Part shown: in pieces, positions 37,297 to 46,748 of the stretch
Position numbering within the stretch: position 1 is the first letter of the stretch
Layout of the letters: each line of letters opens with the position of its first letter
Assembly: GCA_963793305.1 (NCBI GenBank)
Contig: CAWBZV010000005.1
Coordinates: forward strand, 1,248,001-1,312,000
DNA from: an uncultured Gemmatimonadales bacterium
GTDB taxonomy: Bacteria > Gemmatimonadota > Gemmatimonadetes > Gemmatimonadales > Gemmatimonadaceae
Direction of reading: 5' to 3'
Length of the DNA: 64,000 nucleotides
Position numbers and translations under genes: made by a program
Notes under the pieces: model-generated
Databases searched by the model: none
The model's input: only the letters and a program-made list of their open reading frames with translations
Told to the model about the DNA's origin: nothing

Positions 37297-38456
37297 CCGG
37301 CGTTGGCACGAAATCCGTTTGGGGAGGGGAAGAGGAACCGTCATGGGCGGGCGCGACACAGGTTCCGGTCGTTCACAGTGTGGCGTTCGGCTATGACGAC
37401 GTCGACGAATGGCTCGCCGTCGCGCAGGGGCGCAAGCCGGGACACATCTATAGTCGCAACACGAATCCGACGGTGCACGCGTTCGAAGAGAAGGTCCGCG
37501 TGCTCGAAGGCGCCGAAGCGGCCACGAGCTTCGCCACGGGCATGGCGGCCGTTAGCGGTTCTCTCTTCGCACTGCTCTCGCCTGGTGACCGCGTCGTCTC
37601 GATCCGGGATTGCTACGGCGGCACCAGCAAGCTGTTCGGAGAATTTCTCCCGCGCTTCGGCATTGATGTCGTTCAATGCGAGACGAACAATCCGGCCGCC
37701 ATTTTAGCCGAGATCGCGCGCGGATGTCGAGTACTGTACCTCGAGTCGCCGACAAACCCCACGCTCGCGATCGTCGACATCGCGCGACTCTCGGCGGCCG
37801 CCCATCGCGTTGGCGCCACGGTCGTTGTCGATAACACATTCGCGACGCCGATCAACCAAAACCCGCTGACCCTCGGCGCCGACCTGGTCCTCCACAGCGC
37901 GACGAAATTTCTGGGCGGCCATGCCGATGCACTCGGCGGCGTCCTTGTGGGGTCGACTGAGCACATCGGCCGCATCTATCACTTCCGCGAGATCACCGGC
38001 GCCACGTTGCATCCCGAAAGTGCATATTTGTTATTGCGCGGGATGAAGACGCTACACTTACGAATCCGCCAACAAAACGCGAGCGCCATGACCATCGCGC
38101 GTTTCTTGTCGTCGCACCGGCGCGTGTCGAAAGTGTTCTACCCGGGGCTCGAAACGCACACGCACCACGATGTCGCGGCACGCCAAATGCGCGGCTTTGG
38201 CGGTGTCCTGAGCTTTCTTGTGGAGGGTGGATTCGACGCTGTGCGCGAATTCTTGCCGCGATTGGAATGGGCGCATCGCGCCGCGAACCTCGGCGCGGTC
38301 GAAACCGTCGTCGGCCCACCGGCCACGACGAGCCATGTCGAGAACACGCCCGATGAGCGCCGCGCGCTCGGCATCCCAGAGGGCCTCGTACGCTACTCCG
38401 TCGGCATCGAAGACACCGACGACTTGATCGCCGATCTCACCCAGGCATTGCACTAA
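37293..38456 (+). CDS. Cystathionine gamma-synthase/lyase family PLP enzyme
   Basis: YSRNTNPT, ESPTNP, DNTFATP, HSATKFLGGH. Confidence 0.92.
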   Translation: MTGVGTKSVWGGEEEPSWAGATQVPVVHSVAFGYDDVDEWLAVAQGRKPGHIYSRNTNPTVHAFEEKVRVLEGAEAATSFATGMAAVSGSLFALLSPGDRVVSIRDCYGGTSKLFGEFLPRFGIDVVQCETNNPAAILAEIARGCRVLYLESPTNPTLAIVDIARLSAAAHRVGATVVVDNTFATPINQNPLTLGADLVLHSATKFLGGHADALGGVLVGSTEHIGRIYHFREITGATLHPESAYLLLRGMKTLHLRIRQQNASAMTIARFLSSHRRVSKVFYPGLETHTHHDVAARQMRGFGGVLSFLVEGGFDAVREFLPRLEWAHRAANLGAVETVVGPPATTSHVENTPDERRALGIPEGLVRYSVGIEDTDDLIADLTQALH

Positions 38457-38471
38457 GCGGAGAGAAATATC

Positions 38472-39362
38472 ATGCGGGTGCTCGTCACAACACCGACCGG
38501 CCACATTGGAAGCCGCGTCATCCAGCGTCTCACCGGACACGCCGAGATCTCGGTTTTCGCCCGAGACGCGTCGAAGATATCTGCGCCGAACGTCGCGGTG
38601 CATACGGGAGCGCTCGAAGATACCGCGGCGCTGACCCAGGCCGCCGCGGGCGCGCAAGCGATGCTGTTCATCATCCCACCGACCTACTCGACGACCGATT
38701 GGGGCGCGTGGATGCACCAGATCGCGGTCAGCGCTGCCCAAGCCATCCGCGCGAGCGGCGTCTCACGCGTGGTCATGGTGTCCAGCTTCGGCGCCCAACT
38801 CCCCGACCTCGGCCCGATCACAATGCTCGGTAAAGAGGAGCAGGTTATTCGGGCCGCGGCGCCGAGTCTCACGATTCTGCGCGCGGGGGCATTCATGGAG
38901 AACCTGCTCCAGTCTGTCCCGACGGTCCGCGACACGAGCACGATCTACGGTGTCTACGCGCCGGACACGCTCCTGCCGATGATCGCCACCCACGACATCG
39001 CCGACGTCGCGGCCGCGCGGTTGCTCGATACGACATGGACGGGGCAGTCGATCCGTGGGCTGCAAGGGCCGGCCGACATCTCGTATCCGGACGCCGCCCA
39101 CGCGATCGGCGCGGCGCTCCGTCGAAGGATCAACTACGTGCAGGCGCCGGTCAACGTCGCGATGGCCGGCATGCGCGCCGCTGGAATGAGCGAGGCCGTC
39201 GTCACGGGCTACGGCGCAATGCTTCGCGGTCTTGCCACGTTGGGCTACAAGGCGGCCGCCGAGCAGCGAAGCCCGGAGACAACGACGCCGACGACGATCG
39301 ACGAGTTCGCGCGTGCGATCTTCGCGCCCGCGGTCCAGCAAGCGGAGGCCATCAACGCGTGA
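38472..39362 (+). CDS. NmrA-like NAD(P)-binding protein
   Basis: VTTPTGHIG, FMENL, ATHDIA, TTPTT. Confidence 0.85.
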   Translation: MRVLVTTPTGHIGSRVIQRLTGHAEISVFARDASKISAPNVAVHTGALEDTAALTQAAAGAQAMLFIIPPTYSTTDWGAWMHQIAVSAAQAIRASGVSRVVMVSSFGAQLPDLGPITMLGKEEQVIRAAAPSLTILRAGAFMENLLQSVPTVRDTSTIYGVYAPDTLLPMIATHDIADVAAARLLDTTWTGQSIRGLQGPADISYPDAAHAIGAALRRRINYVQAPVNVAMAGMRAAGMSEAVVTGYGAMLRGLATLGYKAAAEQRSPETTTPTTIDEFARAIFAPAVQQAEAINA

Positions 39363-39392
39363 CGGTCGTCCCGACTGACTCGTCGAACGGAC

Positions 39393-39605
39393 ATGCCGTG
39401 TAAGCCGCCAGCGTGGGACGATTTCGGGCAGACGTTCGAGTCCGGGCGCGAGTACGACGGACCGGCTCAGGTCTGGTACTATATGGTCGATGGGCGGCAA
39501 CAACGGATTCGCCTCCGCGAGTGCCGCCCAACCGATACGACCGAACAGATCAAAGCCGAAATCGAGGCCCACATCGCCTCGAGCAGCCACAAGTTCAGTG
39601 CGTAG
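39393..39605 (+). CDS. Small hypothetical protein
   Basis: 70-aa ORF filling the gap; natural composition. Confidence 0.45.
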   Translation: MPCKPPAWDDFGQTFESGREYDGPAQVWYYMVDGRQQRIRLRECRPTDTTEQIKAEIEAHIASSSHKFSA

Positions 39606-41625
39606 CAGCGGTCGTCGACCCACCTGGCTTGAGATACGTTGCATACCAATCCAGATACCGCTGCAGCCGATCCGTTCTGAAACTCGGCCGCGTAATTCCG
39701 TGATAGGCTCCGGGATAGATGATCAGCTCCGCCGGGACGCCGAGGGCGCGTAACGCCTGATACATCTGCTCGCCGCCGATCAGCGGGACATTGAAGTCCT
39801 GGTCGCCGCCTAAGAACAACGTCGGCGTCGTGATCTTGTTGGCGTGGAAGAAGGGATAGGAGACCTTGAGCCACAGCTCGGGGTGCTCCCACGGCTGCCC
39901 CAGCTCGGCCACGTACTGCGTGATGTACTCGTCGACGCCATACATCGCGAGTTGCAGCGCGCTCCCCGCGCCGCTGGTCGCGGCCTTGAAGCGATGGTCG
40001 CTCGCGATCGTATAGTCGGTCAAGATCCCGCCATAGGACCAACCGCCGATCCCGAGCCGTGCGGTGTCCGCCAGCCCCATAGCAACGGCATGATCGACGG
40101 CGCCGAGGAGATCCAGCACTTCCTTGTGCCCCCAATCAGCGAGGATTGCTTTCTCGTATTCTTCTCCGCGCCCGTTGCTGCCACGATAGTTCGTCTCGAT
40201 GACGACGTAGCCATTCGCGGCGAAGAGCTGACGCTCGAACGAGAACTCGTGTTGGTCTTGTCCTTCAGGGCCGCCGTGGATTCTGAGTAGTGTCGGATAT
40301 TTCTTGCCGGCGGCATAGCCCACCGGCTTGATGATCAACCCATGGACATCGGCGCCGTCCTTGCTCTTCGAGGCGAATTCCTCGGCGCCGCTGAGATCTA
40401 CACCTCCGAGCCAGGCGTCGTTGACATGTGTGAGCCGGCGTGCGACGCCATGCTCGATGGCGACGACTTCGTTCGGCTGTGTATCGGTCGAGACGAGAGC
40501 CGTGATCGCATCGTCGGAGCCCAACGATGCGTCGCTGACCACGAGCTGCCCTGGCAAAAGCCGCGTGACTTGGCCATTCGCGACATCGATCCGCGCGGGA
40601 TACTGCGACCGGTCATCGGCGACGAGCACGGTGATCGCCTTCCCATCGCTCGACCACCGTGGATCCGCGACGGGCCGGTCGATCGCCGGAGCGATGACCC
40701 GTGGCGAGCCGCCCATAGAGGGGATGACGGAAAGCTGAAACTGGTCGTACGCAAAGAGCTTCGGGTCGGTGCTCCCCGCGAGATACGCGATCTGGGATCC
40801 GTCCGGGCTCCACGCCAGGTGGCTTCGCTCAGGCGGATTGTCCTGTCCGGGCGATGTCGTCAGCTGCCTTGCCGGAGCGCCCGGCTTGGCGTCCATGACG
40901 AACACGTCCCAGTTGTCCGCGCGATCGACATCAGTGGGGAAGCGCTTGCTGGCGAACGCGATCCGCGTACCGTCCGGCGACCACACCGCGCCCCCCTCGT
41001 CGTACGGGCCCGGCGTCATGATCTCCGCTTTGTGCGTCTCGACATCGAAGAGGTAGAGATGCGTGCGCTTCTTCCCCATGTATCCGACGATATCCTGCTT
41101 GAACTGATAGCGATCGATCACGATCGGCTTCGGCTTCTTGGCTTTGCCTGCTTTCGTCGTGTCCTCGGGCTCGTCGGTCACGTCGAGAACGATGTGCTTT
41201 CCGTCCGGAGCCCAGGCGTAGTCCTCGATGTCGCCGGTCAGTTGCGTCACGCGCTCGCCCTCGCCGCCCTGGCGGTTCAGGAGCCACAGCTGCGTGGTCT
41301 CTTCCGAGTCGCCCCGCGACGACAGAAATCCCAGATAGCGCCCGTCAGGACTCCATCGCGGCGTGTTCGCGCCCTCCGTACCGGAGGTCAGCTGAATCGT
41401 CTGCGACCCGTCCCAACGGACCATCCAGATATCCGTATGGTTTTTGTCGGTTACGGAGTCGGCGCCGGTCACGGTGTAGGCCACCCACTGGCCATCTGGC
41501 GAACGTTGTGGATCTTGTATGTCGCGGACCCGGTAGAGGTCGCTCACGCGAAGGGGACGGCGGCTGGTCTGGCCGGAAGCGGTCATCGCGGCGATACACG
41601 CGACGCACACGAGAGAGATGCGCAT
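39595..41625 (-). CDS. S9 family (prolyl oligopeptidase-like) peptidase
   Basis: PD40-type WSPDG repeats, IHGGP, GWSYGG, DFNVP, YHG. Confidence 0.93.
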   Translation of the reverse strand: MRISLVCVACIAAMTASGQTSRRPLRVSDLYRVRDIQDPQRSPDGQWVAYTVTGADSVTDKNHTDIWMVRWDGSQTIQLTSGTEGANTPRWSPDGRYLGFLSSRGDSEETTQLWLLNRQGGEGERVTQLTGDIEDYAWAPDGKHIVLDVTDEPEDTTKAGKAKKPKPIVIDRYQFKQDIVGYMGKKRTHLYLFDVETHKAEIMTPGPYDEGGAVWSPDGTRIAFASKRFPTDVDRADNWDVFVMDAKPGAPARQLTTSPGQDNPPERSHLAWSPDGSQIAYLAGSTDPKLFAYDQFQLSVIPSMGGSPRVIAPAIDRPVADPRWSSDGKAITVLVADDRSQYPARIDVANGQVTRLLPGQLVVSDASLGSDDAITALVSTDTQPNEVVAIEHGVARRLTHVNDAWLGGVDLSGAEEFASKSKDGADVHGLIIKPVGYAAGKKYPTLLRIHGGPEGQDQHEFSFERQLFAANGYVVIETNYRGSNGRGEEYEKAILADWGHKEVLDLLGAVDHAVAMGLADTARLGIGGWSYGGILTDYTIASDHRFKAATSGAGSALQLAMYGVDEYITQYVAELGQPWEHPELWLKVSYPFFHANKITTPTLFLGGDQDFNVPLIGGEQMYQALRALGVPAELIIYPGAYHGITRPSFRTDRLQRYLDWYATYLKPGGSTTAATH

Positions 41626-41634
41626 GGCCAGATT

Positions 41635-43035
41635 ATGAGCACAGTCGAACGGGAAAGCGAGGCCCTCCGAAAGGAGCTGACGCTCCCTGACCTGGTGTTG
41701 ACCCAGATTTTGTATGTCGTCGGCATTTCCTGGGTCGGCGCCGCCGCCAAGCTAGGTCAATCCCAGGTCGTTTTTTGGCTCGCGGCCATAGCCCTGTTCT
41801 ACATCCCCCAGGCAGCGGTCGTCGTCTTCCTGAGCCGACGATTCCCACTCGAGGGCGGCCTCTATCAATGGGCCAAAATCGGACTCAATAGCGCCGTTGC
41901 CTTCCTCGTCGGCTGGAACCTCTGGCTCTACGCCATTGTGTTTCTCGGCACTTTGGGCATCACCGTCGCCAACGCGTTGGTCTACGCGATCGGCCCGAGC
42001 GCCCAACCGCTTGCCGGCAACCATGTGTACATCGGAGCCATCGCCGGCCTTCTTATCGGCGCGCTCGTCGTGATCTCGATCTTGGGTCTCGGCGTCAGCA
42101 AGTGGGTCCACAACGTAGGTGCCGTCCTGCTCATGAGCGCCTTCGCCTTGCTGCTGGTCCTCCCGGTGATCAACATCGCCCGCGGCACCCTGCGTGAGTA
42201 CCACCCATTGGCGATCACGGCGCCGGCATTCACGCTGCTCAGCGTGAATATCTTCGGCAAGCTGGCCGTCGGCGCACTATCGGGGTTCGAGTATGTCGCC
42301 GTGCTTGCGGGTGAAGCTCGTGACGCACGGAGAACAATCGCCCGATCGGTAATGATCGCCGCGCCAGTCATCGCGCTCATGTTCATCCTCGGCACGTCAG
42401 CCGTGCAAGCGTTGGTCCCGTTGGATCGACTCGATCTGGTCGGCCCGATCCCACAGGCCTTTCGTTTGGGTCTCGGCTCGGCCGGTGCGGTGGCCATTTT
42501 TGTTCCATTCGCGGTATTCGCGGCAACCTCACGCACGGTCGCGAATTCGAGCGTGATCTTCACGGCTACCACGCGCATGCCGATGGTCGCGGGTTGGGAT
42601 CGACTGATGCCCGCCTGGTTCACCAAGCTGCATCCCAAGTATCGCACGCCAGTTCACTCGATCCTGTTCATCGCTGCCTGTGCACTGGTATTCGCCGTCG
42701 CGGGCATGACGAATGTCGGCGAGCAGGAGGCATTTCAGCTCCTCGAGACCGCAGCCGGCGTCTTCTATGGTCTCACCTATCTCGTCCTCTTCGCGATCCC
42801 TCTGATCGGCCTGCCCGCTCCGCTATGGCTCCGCACGCTGGCCCTCGCGGGGTTCGCCACCACCGCGCTCTACGTCATCCTGTCCATCTTTCCCATCGTG
42901 AACGTCGTCAGCCCGCTCGCGTTCGCCTTGAAGATCGGCGTTTTGATCGTCGGCGCGAACCTCATCGGCGCCGGCATCTACTTCATAAGTCGCGCTCCTG
43001 CCACGCCACGAGCTCCATTGTCGAGCCGTCGATAG
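41635..43035 (+). CDS. APC family amino-acid permease
   Basis: About 12 TM segments, PLEGGLYQW, GFEY, LHPKYRTP; the extension in the ORF track is spurious. Confidence 0.9.
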   Translation: MSTVERESEALRKELTLPDLVLTQILYVVGISWVGAAAKLGQSQVVFWLAAIALFYIPQAAVVVFLSRRFPLEGGLYQWAKIGLNSAVAFLVGWNLWLYAIVFLGTLGITVANALVYAIGPSAQPLAGNHVYIGAIAGLLIGALVVISILGLGVSKWVHNVGAVLLMSAFALLLVLPVINIARGTLREYHPLAITAPAFTLLSVNIFGKLAVGALSGFEYVAVLAGEARDARRTIARSVMIAAPVIALMFILGTSAVQALVPLDRLDLVGPIPQAFRLGLGSAGAVAIFVPFAVFAATSRTVANSSVIFTATTRMPMVAGWDRLMPAWFTKLHPKYRTPVHSILFIAACALVFAVAGMTNVGEQEAFQLLETAAGVFYGLTYLVLFAIPLIGLPAPLWLRTLALAGFATTALYVILSIFPIVNVVSPLAFALKIGVLIVGANLIGAGIYFISRAPATPRAPLSSRR

Positions 43036-43651
43036 CGTAGACCGCCTGGATCTCGTGTGCCAGCGGAAAGTGCGCCTGCCATCCCCGCGCCACGATCAGG
43101 ACTCTCGTTGGCCCGCTCACTAAGGCCGCCGAGGGGGACAGCGCGGCGCGCACGGGCTCGGGCGCCGCAGTCGTGTCGACCGATCCATCGCCCCAAATAG
43201 TGACGTAGGGCGCAATGGCCGGTGCGGTCGCGTCTGTCACACCCGGGACGAGCGTCAACTCACCCACGCGCTGCAGCGGCCGCGCGGTCAGTTCCTTCGT
43301 TATCGCGGTGGCCAGTCCTGGAGCGACGAACTGCTGCAAGAGGCCACGAATGGTCGCGGTGTCCGCGTGAGCGAGGTCAACGCGCGCATTGAGGTTCGTA
43401 CCCACCACGCCGAACGCCGCATCGCCGAGCGAGACGTTGGAGATGTTCGGGAGCCGATGTGCCTGTAGCTCTCTCAGGCCGAGCGCAATGCCACTCTCCG
43501 CGGCGTAGCGGGCCACTGTTCTCGCGCGCATGCTCTCGACGATGCCCGCGTCCAATCGCGCGGCCCGGCCAATGTCCGTCGCAATCCCGCCGAGGATGAG
43601 CAAGAGACCGAGCACCAGAATGAGAGCGACGCCACGGCGACTACTGCGCAC
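42983..43651 (-). CDS. gspK: GspK-like minor pseudopilin (short)
   Basis: RRG/VALILVL (no Glu5), ARYAAESGI, LNARVDL, GELTLVPGV. Confidence 0.75.
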   Translation of the reverse strand: MRSSRRGVALILVLGLLLILGGIATDIGRAARLDAGIVESMRARTVARYAAESGIALGLRELQAHRLPNISNVSLGDAAFGVVGTNLNARVDLAHADTATIRGLLQQFVAPGLATAITKELTARPLQRVGELTLVPGVTDATAPAIAPYVTIWGDGSVDTTAAPEPVRAALSPSAALVSGPTRVLIVARGWQAHFPLAHEIQAVYAIDGSTMELVAWQERDL

Positions 43652-43958
43652 GGAGCCGCCTCAGATCGAACCGCGCGCCGCTTGGCAATGTCACCGTGAC
43701 AGTAATCACCACGAGCCCGGGTCCCCACGCGGTAGCGATCACGCGTCTCCTGTAACCGCCAGGCAGCGCGACCGGATTGGTCTCGCCGAGCTTCGCTTGC
43801 TCCATGCCATCGGCTGCATAAGCGATAGCCTGCGACCACGCGCGAGACCGCGCGAGCAGCAAGTGGCTGCCGTGAAAAAGCTCCAGGTACCCTGTTACAA
43901 CCAAGCTCAGGATCAACAGGGCAACGAGTACTTCGAGCAAGGTCAGGCCGCGTCGCAT
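43641..43958 (-). CDS. GspI-like minor pseudopilin
   Basis: RRG/LTLLEVLVALLIL type IV prepilin motif. Confidence 0.78.
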   Translation of the reverse strand: MRRGLTLLEVLVALLILSLVVTGYLELFHGSHLLLARSRAWSQAIAYAADGMEQAKLGETNPVALPGGYRRRVIATAWGPGLVVITVTVTLPSGARFDLRRLRAQ

Positions 43959-44497
43959 TAGAACACCACTCTCACTGGTGGCTCGATGCGTTGCCCGCGG
44001 TTCCAGAGTGTAATCACGACCGCTCGTGGAGTGACCATCGAAGCCGGCCAGGCAACGAGCCACTCGTCTCCGGTCGGCGCCAACACCCGTACATCCATTC
44101 GCGTCACGCCGGGGAGTCGAAACGCGATCTCTGTCGCTGGCGCGCGCCCAACAGGCGTCGCATCGAACATGAGTCCGCCAGCATCCGGTGTGATCGTTAC
44201 GCGCCAGTCACAATCCGCGTCTAGCGGCGGCCCACCGCCGGCGGCGACGAACGTCAGCGTATCGCCGGCGAGCGTGAATGTGGTATCACCCTGTCGCTGC
44301 GGCGTGCGCGTATTCCGCAGCACATTGACGAGCAACTCTCGCGTCATGCGCGCTCTCTGCTCGACGGCCATGGCAGTTCCGAGTCGATCACGCGCGCCGA
44401 GACTCACTTGCATCGCGCCGTACGCGATGAGCGCGACGAGACTCGTGAGCACGATGGCGACCAGTATTTCCAGCAGCGTGTAACCCGTTGGCCCCAT
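43958..44497 (-). CDS. GspJ-like minor pseudopilin
   Basis: G/YTLLEILVAIVL prepilin motif; C-terminal W..PRAVVITL; start at 44497 or 44518. Confidence 0.75.
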   Translation of the reverse strand: MGPTGYTLLEILVAIVLTSLVALIAYGAMQVSLGARDRLGTAMAVEQRARMTRELLVNVLRNTRTPQRQGDTTFTLAGDTLTFVAAGGGPPLDADCDWRVTITPDAGGLMFDATPVGRAPATEIAFRLPGVTRMDVRVLAPTGDEWLVAWPASMVTPRAVVITLWNRGQRIEPPVRVVF

Positions 44498-44557
44498 CGC
44501 CCCTGGCGTTCGCCCCATGGCAGTGGCAGGGTCGTGCGACGGCGGTGAACCTACCGC

Positions 44558-45493
44558 ATGGATCTGAAGGACCTGCGCTACACGATCGCCGTCGCCGACG
44601 AAGGGAGCTTCACCCGAGCAGCGGCGCGGCTCAACCTGGCGCAGCAGGCGCTCTCGAAGCAGATCGGCGATCTCGAGCGAGAGCTTCAGGTCCGGCTGTT
44701 CGACCGCATGCCCCGCGGCACGCGACTCACCCCGGCGGGCGCCGCATTCGTCGAGGCCGCTCGCGCGACGCTGGCGCAGAGTCAGCGCGCGATGGCTCAC
44801 GCCCGCACCACGAATCGGCAGGAGTCGCAGGTGCTGCGCGTCGGCCTGACGCCGTCCTCCGTGCTCGCGGGTGATGCCGCGACCTCGTTCAGTTTCTTTC
44901 GCCGGCGCCAACCACTCGTCGGGATCGAAGTCATGGAGAGTGCACCGTTGGCGCTGATCGACGCGGTGCGCGACGGCACCATTGACCTCGCGATCCTCTG
45001 TTCGCCCCCGGATGACTCCGGCGAGATGGCGGGGGAGTGTATCGCCGAGCGACCACTGGGCGCAGTGCTGCCGGCGATGCACCCGCTGGCCGTGTCCGAC
45101 GTGGTGCGCTTGCGCGATCTCGTCGATCTGCCATTGATCACCTATGGTCGTGACGCCGATCCGGTCGGCTACGATGCCCTGGTGCAAGCGCTCGCCCGCC
45201 GCGGTCTCAAACCTCGCCTCGCGGATGTCCGCGCTGGTGGTCCGCCGGGTCTCATTGGTCCGTTGATCGCCGAGGGCGAAGCATGGGCACTCGCGACGGC
45301 CGACTACTCGTGGCCTCTGTACGAGCGCACACCGGGGCTCGTGTTCCGCGACTTCTCCGACTCGCCGATCTTCGAGCAACGGTGGATCCTGTGGCTCCAC
45401 GACACGCCTTCTCATCTCGTGAGGCAATTCACCGAGATGTGGAAAACGCTGCATGGACAATGGAGCCACAGGGATCTGAGTTATACGATCTGA
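44558..45493 (+). CDS. LysR family regulator
   Basis: MDLKDLRY..SFTRAAARL..ALSKQI..LFDR. Confidence 0.92.
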   Translation: MDLKDLRYTIAVADEGSFTRAAARLNLAQQALSKQIGDLERELQVRLFDRMPRGTRLTPAGAAFVEAARATLAQSQRAMAHARTTNRQESQVLRVGLTPSSVLAGDAATSFSFFRRRQPLVGIEVMESAPLALIDAVRDGTIDLAILCSPPDDSGEMAGECIAERPLGAVLPAMHPLAVSDVVRLRDLVDLPLITYGRDADPVGYDALVQALARRGLKPRLADVRAGGPPGLIGPLIAEGEAWALATADYSWPLYERTPGLVFRDFSDSPIFEQRWILWLHDTPSHLVRQFTEMWKTLHGQWSHRDLSYTI

Positions 45494-46617
45494 TCGCGCG
45501 CTTCGTCCGCGTCGTGCGCGAGGTCTGTCAACATCTCGATGAAGGTGTGCGGTTGACCCTTGAAGAGTCCATCCGAGATGAACGACTGCAGGGCCGCCAT
45601 CGCCGCCCCTTCGGTTTCCGTGGGCCGCAGGATCGACACCGGGGGGAACCGGTTCGACAGGAAGAACGTCGGCTCCGGCATGATGAGGTTGGGTTGGGTA
45701 TCCTCATTCCCGTTGGCGATCAGCGGGAAGAAGAGCTGCGGGTTGCTGGGATCCGTGAGGGGCGCGAGCGGTGCCTGGAGCGCGTTGCCCGCTTTGTCGT
45801 GCCACGTCTGGAAGTGCATCGTCTCGGTCGGCCCGATGGAGAGCAGGATGCGGAGCGTTTCGTGGCTCTTCGCGCGCTGGGCGAGCTGCATGTAGAGACT
45901 CGCGCCGCCCACCTCGATGAACCCGAAGTGGAATCCGGCGGTATTGGCGATCGCCTGGATGTGTCCGGTCGGCGTGAGGTCGGCGTTCGTGCGAGGGATC
46001 GCGGTGAACTCGCCCGTCGCCAGGCTCTTCACCACTGGCGCAAATACGTGGTTGGGATTGAGATCGGGGTTGAAATTGCGCGAACGGAGCCGCGTCCACC
46101 ACGTCGTGTCGACGGTGAGCTTCATGAGATTGGTGATGCGACCGACGCCGATCGCGCCTTCGGCCTTGCTGCCTTCCAGCGTGGCGAACTGCGACAAATC
46201 CTCCTGCGCCACCCCTTTGGACTTCAAATAGGCGTTGAGCCAACGGTGATGGCTGAACTCGTCTTCGGTGTTGTCGTGGATGTACTGCGCCATGTCACCG
46301 TCGAGCTGGTTGAGCGCGTTCGTGTACGGGGCGTTGCCGCCGGCCAGCTTGTGCCCGATGATCTGCTCCATCTCGGCGTCCTGAATCCCGCCGAGCTCCG
46401 TGTACTGCTGCCAGAGATCGGCCTCGATCTGCTCGAACGCGGAGAGGAACCTGAGTATCGCGGCGTCCCCGCGTGAGATGCTGCCACTCGACCGCTGCGC
46501 GCCGAACGCCGGGAGCGCGGCGGTCAGCAGGGTCCCGCCGGCCACGGTCGCGGCGCCCGCGGCGAGCACGCCGGTCTTCAAGAATTCGCGTCGATTCTTT
46601 GTGTCCTGCGCATCCAT
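45481..46617 (-). CDS. Tat-exported ferritin-like domain protein
   Basis: NRREFLK Tat motif; EQIE, EDEFSH, FIE and ETMH carboxylate/His pattern. Confidence 0.78.
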   Translation of the reverse strand: MDAQDTKNRREFLKTGVLAAGAATVAGGTLLTAALPAFGAQRSSGSISRGDAAILRFLSAFEQIEADLWQQYTELGGIQDAEMEQIIGHKLAGGNAPYTNALNQLDGDMAQYIHDNTEDEFSHHRWLNAYLKSKGVAQEDLSQFATLEGSKAEGAIGVGRITNLMKLTVDTTWWTRLRSRNFNPDLNPNHVFAPVVKSLATGEFTAIPRTNADLTPTGHIQAIANTAGFHFGFIEVGGASLYMQLAQRAKSHETLRILLSIGPTETMHFQTWHDKAGNALQAPLAPLTDPSNPQLFFPLIANGNEDTQPNLIMPEPTFFLSNRFPPVSILRPTETEGAAMAALQSFISDGLFKGQPHTFIEMLTDLAHDADEARDQIV

Positions 46618-46748
46618 GAAACTCATCTCCCAAGAAATTGGTGAGCTGCATGATCGCCGGTCGAACGCCACGAACTCCAACACATTGTCATAGGGGCGCA
46701 CCACATTGGCGCGTTGTGACCACCCTGCGTCCCGTCCGTCGTATAGTC

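Noticed and set aside
40342..41634. 897-aa ORF as a giant permease fusion
   Set aside because: The first 431 codons are the antisense shadow of the S9 peptidase; the permease starts at 41635.
44519..45469. 503-aa ORF as an extended pseudopilin
   Set aside because: The extension is antisense to the LysR gene; the prepilin motif marks the real start region.
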